From an uncultured bacterium (GTDB lineage: Bacteria; Lernaellota; Lernaellaia; Lernaellales; Lernaellaceae): a DNA stretch of 11,641 nucleotides. Under the pieces are notes generated by a model. The model was not told the DNA's origin. It was given only the letters and a program-made list of their open reading frames with translations, and did not search any database. Where the stretch lies: assembly GCA_964534375.1 (NCBI GenBank), contig CAZHPN010000182.1:1-11641 (forward strand). The letters are read 5' to 3'. Positions 1 through 7,610 of this stretch are shown piece by piece. The position numbers were made by a program, and so were the translations under genes. Each line of letters begins with the position of its first letter. The stretch's first letter is position 1.

Positions 1-1157
1 ATTTCGTCGAGGCGGCGCTGATCCGGCGCGCCGGTTGGAGCGTCACGATCGCCGACGACCTGGAGGGCTCGTACGAGGAATCGCCGGCGTCGATCATCGA
101 CGTGGCGATCCGCGATCGGCGCTGGTGCCAGGGCAACCTCCAACATTCGCGCGTGATCGGCGCCAAGGGCCTGCATTGGGTCAGCCGATTGCACCTGCTC
201 GCCGGGATGCTTTCCTACCTTTCCTCGCCGTTGTGGTTGATGTTTATCCTGGCCGGGCTGGCGCTTGGCATTCACTATGAATTCATGCGACCGGCGTATT
301 TTGACCGTTATCCAACGCTCTTTCCGCACTGGCCGAAGATGGACCCGGTGCGCGCTTTGCAACTCTTCGCCGTGACTATGGGAATTCTCTTCGGCCCCAA
401 GCTCTTCGGCTTCCTGGCCGTCGCCTTCAACTCGCGGCGATTGCGCGAGACCGGCGGCGTGTTGTTCCCGCTCAGCTTCGCGCTCGAAATTGTTGTGTCG
501 GCGCTCATCGCCCCGACCATGATGCTGATCCACTGCGGGTTGGTCGCCGACATCCTGCGCGGCCGCGACGCGGGCTGGCGACCGCAGCGGCGCGACGACG
601 ACAGCCTGCCGTGGTCGCAGGTCTTCCATCGCCACCGGTGGCACATGGTCGCGGGCGTCGGGCTGGGGCTGATCGCTTACAACATCTCGTGGCAGATGCT
701 GGCGTGGATTTCTCCTGCGGCAGGCGCAATGATTCTCGCGGTTCCGGTGTCCAAGCTGACGGGTTCCGCTCGCGTGGGCCGCTGGGTCAAGCGGCTGCGC
801 CTGCTGCGGACCCCGGAAGAGGCGCGCGCGCCGGCCATTGCCCGTGCGGCCGAGGCGGCATTTCCGCTTTACCGCGAGGCGATCGCCCGCACGCCGGAGT
901 TGACAGCCATCGCGCGCGACCTGACACTTTTGGAGCGCCATTTGGCGCTGACTGACCAACACCCGTCATCGGAGCCGGGTAGAGAGGTCGACGCGTTGGA
1001 GGTCTTGGCGGAAAAGAAAATCCAGGATGCGCTCACCGTGGAGGCGGCGGTCGAGAGTCTCAACCCGCAAGAAAAGGCCCGCGTTCAGGCGCGGCCCGCG
1101 CTGCTGCGAATGCTGGCACGACTCGCGACGAGATCCCGGCCCCGAATCGCCAAGTGA
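1..1157 (+). CDS. mdoH: Glucans biosynthesis glucosyltransferase H (OpgH/MdoH, GT2), 5'-truncated by the window edge
   Basis: The frame starting at position 3 reads FVEAALIRRAGWSVTIADDLEGSYEESPASIIDVAIRDRRWCQGNLQH, the characteristic OpgH DFVEAA / GSYEE / RDRRWCQGNLQH motifs. Several hydrophobic TM segments and W-x-PQ-x-R-DD follow. Stop TGA at 1155-1157. Confidence 0.95.
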   Translation, partial: FVEAALIRRAGWSVTIADDLEGSYEESPASIIDVAIRDRRWCQGNLQHSRVIGAKGLHWVSRLHLLAGMLSYLSSPLWLMFILAGLALGIHYEFMRPAYFDRYPTLFPHWPKMDPVRALQLFAVTMGILFGPKLFGFLAVAFNSRRLRETGGVLFPLSFALEIVVSALIAPTMMLIHCGLVADILRGRDAGWRPQRRDDDSLPWSQVFHRHRWHMVAGVGLGLIAYNISWQMLAWISPAAGAMILAVPVSKLTGSARVGRWVKRLRLLRTPEEARAPAIARAAEAAFPLYREAIARTPELTAIARDLTLLERHLALTDQHPSSEPGREVDALEVLAEKKIQDALTVEAAVESLNPQEKARVQARPALLRMLARLATRSRPRIAK

Positions 1158-1172
1158 TCCGGCAATAAATTT

Positions 1173-1203
1173 CGGCCAGCCGCCGCGCTCGCGGCGGCGG
1201 CCG
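1173..1203 (+). other. GC-rich intergenic hairpin (possible mRNA stability/processing element)
   Basis: CGGCC-A-GCCGCCGC-gctc-GCGGCGGC-GGCCG forms a 13-bp stem with one bulge. There is no U-tract after it, so it is not a classical intrinsic terminator. Confidence 0.45.
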
Positions 1204-1239
1204 CGTTCGGACGAACGGAGACCGACGGATGAAACACCA

Positions 1240-2697
1240 GTGAAACGCCGAGCCCTTCTTTTGGCGTTGGTCGGCGCCCTGACGTTTGCGTGCACCGGAA
1301 CCCAGGCCGCGCTTGAGATCCCGCAAGGTTTTCAGTCGCTGTTTGGCGCGTATCGGCCTTCGCGCTCCGAGCAGGCGTTCCTCGACCAACTCGAACACGA
1401 CACCTTCAATTTCTTCTGGCAGGCGTCGCCGCGCGACACCGGGCTGACCCCCGACCGCACGCCCGGCCCGGACGTTTCCAGCGTGGCGGCGATCGGCTTT
1501 GCGCTGACCTCGTACCTGGCGGGCGCCGAAAGGGGCTACGTCAGCCGCGACGAGGCCGCCGCGCGCACGCTGTCCACGTTGACGACTTTGTGGCAGGCGC
1601 CGCAAGGATCGGCGGCCAACGGCGTCGCCGGCTACAAGGGTTTGTTCTACCACTTCCTCGACGGCCGCACCGGGCTGCGGGTTGGGCAGTGGGAGCTATC
1701 GACCATCGATACCGCGCTGCTGATGGCGGGCGTGCTGGCCTGTCAGACCTATTTCGACCGGGATGACGCGACGGAGCGGGCGATTCGCGACCTCGCCGAC
1801 CGCCTCTACCGGCGGGCCGACTGGGCGTGGGCCTATTCGCCGCGGCATTGGCCATTGCTCAGCATGGGCTGGGAGCCCGAAACCCGGAGTTTCCTCGGCT
1901 ACGACTGGAGCGGGTACAACGAGGCGATGATCCTTTACGTCCTGGCGCTGGGCTCGCCCACGCACCCGATCGACCCGAAGGCGTGGGACGACTGGACGCG
2001 CAGCTACCGTTGGGAAAGCCGGCGCGCGAAGCCGCACGTCGAGTTCGGGCCGCTGTTCGGGCATCAATACTCGCACGTTTGGATCGATTTCCGCGGCATC
2101 AAAGACGGCTACATGCGAGCGAAGGATTCCGACTACTTTCAGAATTCCGTCCGCGCCACCTATGAGAACCGCGCCTATTGCATTGCCAATCCCGGCAAGT
2201 GGAAAGGATACAGCGATCTGGTGTGGGGGCTGACCGCTTCCGATGGGCCGCTTTGGGGAGCGACCAAACCCCAGCCGCCCGGGTCGCCGTTCCACGCCTA
2301 TTGGGCGCGCGGCTCGGGCCTCGACTACGGCCGGGATGACGGCACCATCGCGCCCACGGCGGCCGGTGGATCGGTGGCCTTTGCTCCGGAAATCGCCATT
2401 CCGACGCTCATGAAGTTCCGCGCGCTCTTTGGCGACAAAGTGTACGGCAAATACGGGTTCAAGGACGCGTTCAATCTTTCCTACACCGAGCCGGGCGAAT
2501 CGCGCCCAGGCTGGTTCGACGATCAATACGTGGCCATCGACCAAGGCCCCATTTTGTTGATGATCGAAAACTACCGCTCCGGCTTCGTGTGGGACCTGAT
2601 GAAGAAGAACCGGTACGTGATCGCCGGCCTCAAAAAAGCAGGTTTTTCGGGCGGTTGGCTCACGCCGATGCTGGCCAAGAAATACGCCGCCAACTGA
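1240..2697 (+). CDS. Exported glycoamylase/DUF3131-type glycoside hydrolase (GH144-like putative beta-1,2-glucanase), 485 aa
   Basis: Motifs typical of the family: GL-x-PDR, AAIGFAL, GAERGYVSR, KGLFYHFLD, ELSTIDTALLMAG, GYNEAMILYVLALGSPTHP, GPLFGHQYSH, WGLTASDGP, DDGTIAPTAA, YGFKDAFN, IDQGPILLMIENYRSG. I chose GTG 1240 as the start because it opens a signal peptide (KRRALLLALVGALTFACTGTQAA); the track start at 1027 overlaps mdoH. Confidence 0.88.
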   Translation: MKRRALLLALVGALTFACTGTQAALEIPQGFQSLFGAYRPSRSEQAFLDQLEHDTFNFFWQASPRDTGLTPDRTPGPDVSSVAAIGFALTSYLAGAERGYVSRDEAAARTLSTLTTLWQAPQGSAANGVAGYKGLFYHFLDGRTGLRVGQWELSTIDTALLMAGVLACQTYFDRDDATERAIRDLADRLYRRADWAWAYSPRHWPLLSMGWEPETRSFLGYDWSGYNEAMILYVLALGSPTHPIDPKAWDDWTRSYRWESRRAKPHVEFGPLFGHQYSHVWIDFRGIKDGYMRAKDSDYFQNSVRATYENRAYCIANPGKWKGYSDLVWGLTASDGPLWGATKPQPPGSPFHAYWARGSGLDYGRDDGTIAPTAAGGSVAFAPEIAIPTLMKFRALFGDKVYGKYGFKDAFNLSYTEPGESRPGWFDDQYVAIDQGPILLMIENYRSGFVWDLMKKNRYVIAGLKKAGFSGGWLTPMLAKKYAAN

Positions 2698-2774
2698 GCC
2701 AAGATCGCGGCGTTCGGTACGACAGCCCCACGGCCCCAATCCCAGGTTGACCGCGTTGGCTTCGTGAAAATTTT

Positions 2775-2796
2775 GCGGAAGATCCCGCCTTTTTTT
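2775..2796 (+). terminator. Possible weak intrinsic terminator after the GH144-like gene
   Basis: GCGG-aagatc-CCGC followed by C and a run of 7 T. The stem is only 4 bp. Confidence 0.3.
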
Positions 2797-2807
2797 CGCG
2801 CGAAAAA
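2792..2807. promoter_or_regulatory. Perfect 16-bp palindrome, possible operator
   Basis: TTTTTCGCGCGAAAAA is its own reverse complement. It lies in an AT-enriched intergenic patch about 65 bp upstream of ATG 2872. Confidence 0.35.
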
Positions 2808-2871
2808 CCGGTCGCCTATCCCGTTGCGCGCCCGTCGGCCGTGGCTAGCTTTGGCGCGGGAGGAAGCAGCG

Positions 2872-3255
2872 ATGAAGAGACGGAACTACTATCATCTGGC
2901 GCTGGCGGCGGCGTTGCTGCTGGCCGCGGCCGCGGCGGCGCCGGCGGCTGAGTTCGACCGCGGCGTGCAGATCAAGGTCTACAACGGCGGCTCGTACATC
3001 GTGCTGGCGGACCTCCAATACAAGGACGGCGCGGCCATCGACACCGCGAGCACGCCGGTGACAGCCGGGATGACCGAAGCGCTCGCCGACGTGCCGGCGG
3101 GCGCAACGCCGCTGGCGCTGATTCTGCGGTTCGTCGGCAGCGACACGCGCTACACGATACCGCTCGACCGCGGGCCGGCGTGCACCGGCGAGTCGTGCCT
3201 GGTCGAGGTCAGCGGCCTGTGGCCCTACACGCCGCATTACAAAATCACGCCGTAG
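2872..3255 (+). CDS. Small secreted hypothetical protein (127 aa), predicted beta-sandwich, resembling stand-alone thiol-activated cytolysin C-terminal (domain 4)-like proteins
   Basis: RBS GGGAGGA precedes ATG 2872. There is a clear signal peptide (MKRRNYYHLALAAALLLAAAAAAPAA) and strong GC3 codon bias. The mature part has IKVYNGGSYIV...DVPAGAT...CLVEVSG...PHY. The fold resemblance is an inference. Confidence 0.75.
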   Translation: MKRRNYYHLALAAALLLAAAAAAPAAEFDRGVQIKVYNGGSYIVLADLQYKDGAAIDTASTPVTAGMTEALADVPAGATPLALILRFVGSDTRYTIPLDRGPACTGESCLVEVSGLWPYTPHYKITP

Positions 3256-3274
3256 GCGAGGACCGCGAAGCGGA

Positions 3275-3355
3275 GGCGTTCACGGGAGGCGCCGGCGGCG
3301 CTCACGCCCACCACCGGGCGAGCGCCCCGGGGCGCCTCAACGATGCGGCGTTCAC
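3275..3355. repeat. Long imperfect inverted repeat (3286-3338) flanked by 9-bp direct repeats GGCGTTCAC
   Basis: GAGGCGCC (3286-3293) pairs with GGCGCCTC (3331-3338). The inner GGCGCT..CGCCC pairs with GGGCG-AGCGCC. GGCGTTCAC occurs at 3275-3283 and 3347-3355. Confidence 0.55.
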
Positions 3356-3370
3356 ATTGGGGAGCGGCTC

Positions 3371-5071
3371 ATGCATTCATGTCGATGGGCCTTGTTTCTG
3401 GCCGGCTTACTGGTCGTGACGATACTGGCCGGGTGCAACCGCAAAGGCGCAGCCGAAGCCGCCGCGCCGGCCGGGGGCAACGACGCCGCGTCGCCGGCCG
3501 CCGCTGCCAACGAGAATGACGTCGCCGCGCCCGACCGCTCGTGGTGGCGCGGCGCCGTCTTCCAGGAGGTGTATGTCCGCAGCTACTTCGATTCGGACGG
3601 CGACGGCATCGGCGATTTTCCCGGGCTGACCGAGAAACTGCCGTATCTGGCGCGGCTCGGCGTCGGCGCGTTGTGGTTAATGCCGATGTATCCGACGCCG
3701 TTTTTCGATTCGGGCTACGACGTGGCCGACTACGAGGCGATCAATCCCGACTACGGCACGATGGACCAGTTCCAGGCGTTTCTCGCCGCGGCGCACGCGC
3801 TCGGCATTCGCGTGTTCCTTGACGGCGTGTTCAACCACACGTCGTGGGACCATCCGTGGTTCCAGGAATCGCGCTCGAGCCGCACGAACCCGAAGCGCGA
3901 CTGGTATGAATGGGCCGACCAGCCGCTCTGGAATTGCGGGGCCGACCCGTCGTGGGGGAATTTCGGCGCCAGCCGGTGGGAGTACGACCCGCCGACGGGC
4001 CAATCGTATTTTCACTTTTTCATGACGGAGCAGCCGGACCTGAATTGGAAAAATCCGGCCGTGATGACGGCGATCGAAGACGTGCTGCGGTTCTGGTTCG
4101 ACCTGGGCGTCGACGGCTTCCGCCTCGACGCGGTCGGCGCCTATTACGAGGACGAAACGGTTTGCGACAACGCGCCGCAAACCCACGCGATTCTCAAGGA
4201 GTTCCGCAAAGTCGCCGACGAATATCCGGACCGCGCCTTCGTCGGCGAGGCCGGCGGCTCGCCCGACCAATGGCCGCAATGGTTCGGGAACGGCGCGGAC
4301 GAATTGCACATGGCCTTCAATTTCAACCTGGCCGACGCGCTCTATGCCGCAGTTTACGTGGAAGAGCCGTTTCCGATCACGCGGGTCATGGAGGCGTCGT
4401 GGGCCAAACTGCCGCCCGGCGGCCAGCAGGCGGTCTTTATCAGCAACCACGACTCGTACCGTTGCTACGACCTGCTGTTCCGCGACGAGCGCCGCGTCAA
4501 GCTGGCCGCCGCGCTCGAGCTGACGGTGCCCGGCACGCCGTTCATTTATTACGGCGAGGAAATCGGCATGGCCGACGCGCCCGATATCGTCGTCGATTAT
4601 CGCGACCGGGCACGCGCGCCGATGCAGTGGAACGGCGCGAAGAATGCCGGCTTCACCACGGGCGCGCCGTGGGTCGGCGTTTCGTCAAATTACCCCACGA
4701 ACAACGTGGCCGCGGAAGAGCAGAATCCCAATTCGCTGCTGAACCATTTCCGGCGCGTCATCGCCTTGCGCAACCACTCCGATGCGCTGCGCTTCGGCGA
4801 CTACCAGGAAGTCGTCGCCGACGCCCCGAACGCCTATGCGTTTTTCCGCACCACCGACCGCGAAACGGTGCTGCTGGTCTTCAATCTGTCGCATCTGGCG
4901 CAGACGTTCGAACTCGCCCTGGCGGCAACCCCGTGGGACGGCGCGACCGGCCGCGTGCGCGACCTGTACGCCAGCGCGTTCGTCGCGGACCTCACCGCGG
5001 CGAACGGCGGCGGGTATCCGGTTTCGCTGCCGCCGTTCGGCTTCGCGTTTTTGAAACTTTCACGGGACTAG
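3371..5071 (+). CDS. Alpha-amylase family (GH13) glycoside hydrolase, alpha-glucosidase/oligo-1,6-glucosidase-like, predicted lipoprotein
   Basis: Motifs DSDGDGIGDF, GYDVADY, DGVFNHTS, QPDLN, the catalytic triad DGFRLDAV / FVGEA / SNHD, and PGTPFIYYGEEIGM, R-x-PMQW. The N-terminal lipobox ILAGC is followed by an Ala/Pro-rich linker. RBS GGGGAG. Confidence 0.93.
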   Translation: MHSCRWALFLAGLLVVTILAGCNRKGAAEAAAPAGGNDAASPAAAANENDVAAPDRSWWRGAVFQEVYVRSYFDSDGDGIGDFPGLTEKLPYLARLGVGALWLMPMYPTPFFDSGYDVADYEAINPDYGTMDQFQAFLAAAHALGIRVFLDGVFNHTSWDHPWFQESRSSRTNPKRDWYEWADQPLWNCGADPSWGNFGASRWEYDPPTGQSYFHFFMTEQPDLNWKNPAVMTAIEDVLRFWFDLGVDGFRLDAVGAYYEDETVCDNAPQTHAILKEFRKVADEYPDRAFVGEAGGSPDQWPQWFGNGADELHMAFNFNLADALYAAVYVEEPFPITRVMEASWAKLPPGGQQAVFISNHDSYRCYDLLFRDERRVKLAAALELTVPGTPFIYYGEEIGMADAPDIVVDYRDRARAPMQWNGAKNAGFTTGAPWVGVSSNYPTNNVAAEEQNPNSLLNHFRRVIALRNHSDALRFGDYQEVVADAPNAYAFFRTTDRETVLLVFNLSHLAQTFELALAATPWDGATGRVRDLYASAFVADLTAANGGGYPVSLPPFGFAFLKLSRD

Positions 5072-5084
5072 CGAGGGGGAGCGG

Positions 5085-7292
5085 ATGACCCGCCGAGTTC
5101 AGCTTTTCGTCATGGGCGTCGCGGCCTTGTCATTGGCCCGCTGCGCGCCGGTCGAACGATTCCCGACGCCACGAGACCTGCTCGACGGTCCCGCTGCCGC
5201 TTTCGGCCCCGCCGGCGCCAGGATGGTCATCTCGCTCAACGGCGTGTGGGACGTGGAACAGGGGGCGTTGGACGACAAGCCGCCCGGCGCCTTCGGGCAC
5301 ATGGCGCCCGTGCCGGGCGTGCTGCGCACGGCGCAGCCGCCCTTCGAGAAAATTGGGTTGAAGAGTTCGCTGCGGCAGGCGTTCTGGTTTCGCACGACGT
5401 TTCAGGCGCCGGCGCCGCGCCAGGTCGCCATGCTGAAGATTCACAAGGCCATGTTCGGCGTGAAGGCGTGGCTCAACGGCGCGCCGCTCGGCTCGCACTT
5501 CGGCAGCTACACGCCGGCGGAATTCGACGCGGCCGCGGCGATCCGCTGGAACGGCGAAAACACCCTGCTCGTGCGCGTCGGGGCCTGGCGCGACAGCGTG
5601 CCCGATTGGGTCCCGGTCGGCGAGGACGCGGAGCGGTCCGTTTGGCCGCCGGGCATTTACGACGACGTTGAGTTGGCGCTGTCGGACGCGCCGAGCATCG
5701 TCCGCGCCAAGATCGAGCCCGATCTGCAGGCCGGCGCCGCGCGAATCATCACGACGCTGCGCAATTCCAGCAGCCAGCTTGCAACGGCGCGCCTCGAAAC
5801 CGAGGTGGCCGAAGATGCGAGCCGGATCGTGGTCTCGCCGCGGGTCGCCGACACCATGCTGCTCGGCCCGAACGAAGAGCGCGCCGTGACGCAAATCGTG
5901 CCGCTCAAGTCGCCGGCGCTGTGGACGCCGGAAACGCCGTTCCTTTATGCGGCGCACAGCACGGTCGCCGTCGCCGGCCGCGCGACCGACGCGCTCTCCA
6001 CGCGTTTCGGCATGCGGACGGTGGAGTTCCGCGCCGGCCCGGACAAGGGTTTTTTCCTGAACGGCAAACGCTATTTCCTGCGCGGCTCGAACATCACATT
6101 TCATCGTTTCCTCGATGACGAGATCTCCAGCGTCTTGCCGTGGGACCGCGCTTGGGTGCGGCGGCTGCTGGCGGGCAATCCCAAGGATCTGCACTGGAAC
6201 GCCTTCCGGGTCAGCCTCGGCCAGGCGCCGCATTTTTGGTACGACCTCGCCGATGAAGTCGGCCTGCTGTTGGCCGACGAATTCATGGTCTGGTCGACGT
6301 CCGGCCCGGCGAGCGCGTTGTGGTCCGCCGACGAAATGGCCGCCGAATACGCCGAATGGATTCGCGAGAATTGGAATCACCCCTCGATCGCCTGGTGGGA
6401 CGCCGCCAACGAAACGAAACTGGCCAAAATTGACGATGTCATCGCCCGGGTTCGCGGCCTCGACCCGACGCGCCAGTGGGGAAGCGGAAGTTACACCAGG
6501 CCCGAAGGCGCGGCCGATCCGCTCGAGGACCACCCGTACTTGTTTCTTTATCCGAGCTTTCGGCTGCCGCAACTCGACGCCAACAACGGGCAGCCGCCGC
6601 AAGGCGAAAACACCTGGAAGGACCCGTCGCATCCGTACATCAACGACGAGTACGATTGGCTGTGGCTCAACCGCGACGGCTCGCCGGCGCTGCTGGGGCG
6701 CGAAGGTTTTCGCCACGTATTCGGCGGCCCGGCGTCGGTTGACGAATACCGCGAGGCGTACGCTTACCTCATGGGCGGCCTGACCGAGTTTTGGCGGGCG
6801 CGCCGCGGCTACGCCGGCGTGATGTATTTCGATTATCTGACGTATTCCCGACCCGACGGCAACACCAGCGATAATTTCGTCGATGTGGCGAACTTGGTCA
6901 TGGAGCCGCGGTGGAAGAATTATGCGTTCAACGCCTTCGCGCCGCTGGGCGTATACCTCAACACGTGGGCGGAGAGTTATCCGCCGAACGTCGAGGCGGC
7001 GCTTCCGGTTCGCGTGATCAACGACCTCCAAACGCCCGAGAAGGCAGAATTGAAAGTCGCCGCGGTCGGCATGGACGGCGCCGTTCTCGCCGTTTCGGCG
7101 CCTCAGTTCATCACGGTGGCTGCCCTCGGCGTCGCGGATTATCGGTTTCTCCTGCGCATGCCCGCCGCGAGCGCTTACATTTTGTTTGCGGAGTTGAAGC
7201 CGAAGGACCACTCGCAGCCGACCGTGTGGAGCCGGCGAAAGATCGGCTTCAAAAACCTCGGGCAGCCCGGGCCCGCGCCGCCCGCGTTATGA
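5085..7292 (+). CDS. Glycoside hydrolase family 2 protein (beta-galactosidase/glucuronidase superfamily), probably exported
   Basis: GH2 sugar-binding N-domain (ISLNGVW, WFRTTF, AWLNG, GENTLLVRV, GIYDDVEL), Ig-like domain (LWTPETPFLY, RFGMRTVEF), and TIM barrel (FFLNGKRYFLRG, YDLADEVGLL, NHPSIAWWDAANE acid/base, PYINDEY nucleophile). Hydrophobic N-terminus ending SLARC. RBS GAGGGGGAG; starts 13 bp after the GH13 stop. Confidence 0.9.
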   Translation: MTRRVQLFVMGVAALSLARCAPVERFPTPRDLLDGPAAAFGPAGARMVISLNGVWDVEQGALDDKPPGAFGHMAPVPGVLRTAQPPFEKIGLKSSLRQAFWFRTTFQAPAPRQVAMLKIHKAMFGVKAWLNGAPLGSHFGSYTPAEFDAAAAIRWNGENTLLVRVGAWRDSVPDWVPVGEDAERSVWPPGIYDDVELALSDAPSIVRAKIEPDLQAGAARIITTLRNSSSQLATARLETEVAEDASRIVVSPRVADTMLLGPNEERAVTQIVPLKSPALWTPETPFLYAAHSTVAVAGRATDALSTRFGMRTVEFRAGPDKGFFLNGKRYFLRGSNITFHRFLDDEISSVLPWDRAWVRRLLAGNPKDLHWNAFRVSLGQAPHFWYDLADEVGLLLADEFMVWSTSGPASALWSADEMAAEYAEWIRENWNHPSIAWWDAANETKLAKIDDVIARVRGLDPTRQWGSGSYTRPEGAADPLEDHPYLFLYPSFRLPQLDANNGQPPQGENTWKDPSHPYINDEYDWLWLNRDGSPALLGREGFRHVFGGPASVDEYREAYAYLMGGLTEFWRARRGYAGVMYFDYLTYSRPDGNTSDNFVDVANLVMEPRWKNYAFNAFAPLGVYLNTWAESYPPNVEAALPVRVINDLQTPEKAELKVAAVGMDGAVLAVSAPQFITVAALGVADYRFLLRMPAASAYILFAELKPKDHSQPTVWSRRKIGFKNLGQPGPAPPAL

Positions 7293-7538
7293 GGTCGCGC
7301 GAAGAGAAATATGTCATGTTGAGAAGGAGCGGGTGCACTCACCGGGGTCCGCGCGGGACGGGCTAAATCCCCAGTGGCCTGCATGCCGCGGGCATCTCGC
7401 TCCCGAGGAAATCACCCCCCGAATCCGCTTTTCGCGATCGACATTCGCACTGCCCGGCCTCCCGCAATCTGCGGCGCCCGTGCGACTTTTCATCCCGACC
7501 GGCGGCTGGAAGCGGCGGCTCTTGTCCACGGTTTTGCG

Positions 7539-7558
7539 ACTTGACATTAATGTAAAGT
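7539..7558. promoter_or_regulatory. 20-bp palindromic operator overlapping the -35 box, probably bound by the XRE protein at 9246-9761
   Basis: ACTTGACAT-TA-ATGTAAAGT has 9 of 10 symmetric positions complementary. Assigning it to the XRE protein is an inference. Confidence 0.65.
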
Positions 7559-7569
7559 TAGACTACGTT
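7541..7569 (+). promoter_or_regulatory. Sigma70-type promoter of the three-gene islet
   Basis: Perfect -35 TTGACA (7541-7546), 17-bp spacer, and -10 TACGTT (7564-7569, keeping the conserved TA---T). Confidence 0.75.
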
Positions 7570-7610
7570 GTTTCATGTGGGTTCTACTTTCTCGACGGCG
7601 GAGCGTCTCG

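Noticed and set aside
1027..1239. N-terminal extension of the GH144-like ORF given by the track
   Set aside because: It overlaps mdoH and the intergenic hairpin and has low-complexity Arg/Pro sequence. The signal peptide begins at GTG 1240.
1696..2739. 347-aa ORF on the - strand
   Set aside because: It is the antisense shadow of the GH144-like gene.
3910..5088. 392-aa Arg-rich alternative-frame ORF on the + strand
   Set aside because: It is an off-frame reading of the GH13 gene, with the Arg/Gly/Pro-rich composition typical of GC-rich frame artefacts.
5130..7211. 693-aa ORF on the - strand
   Set aside because: It is the antisense shadow of the GH2 gene. High GC3 bias suppresses stops on the opposite strand, and it has no recognisable motifs.
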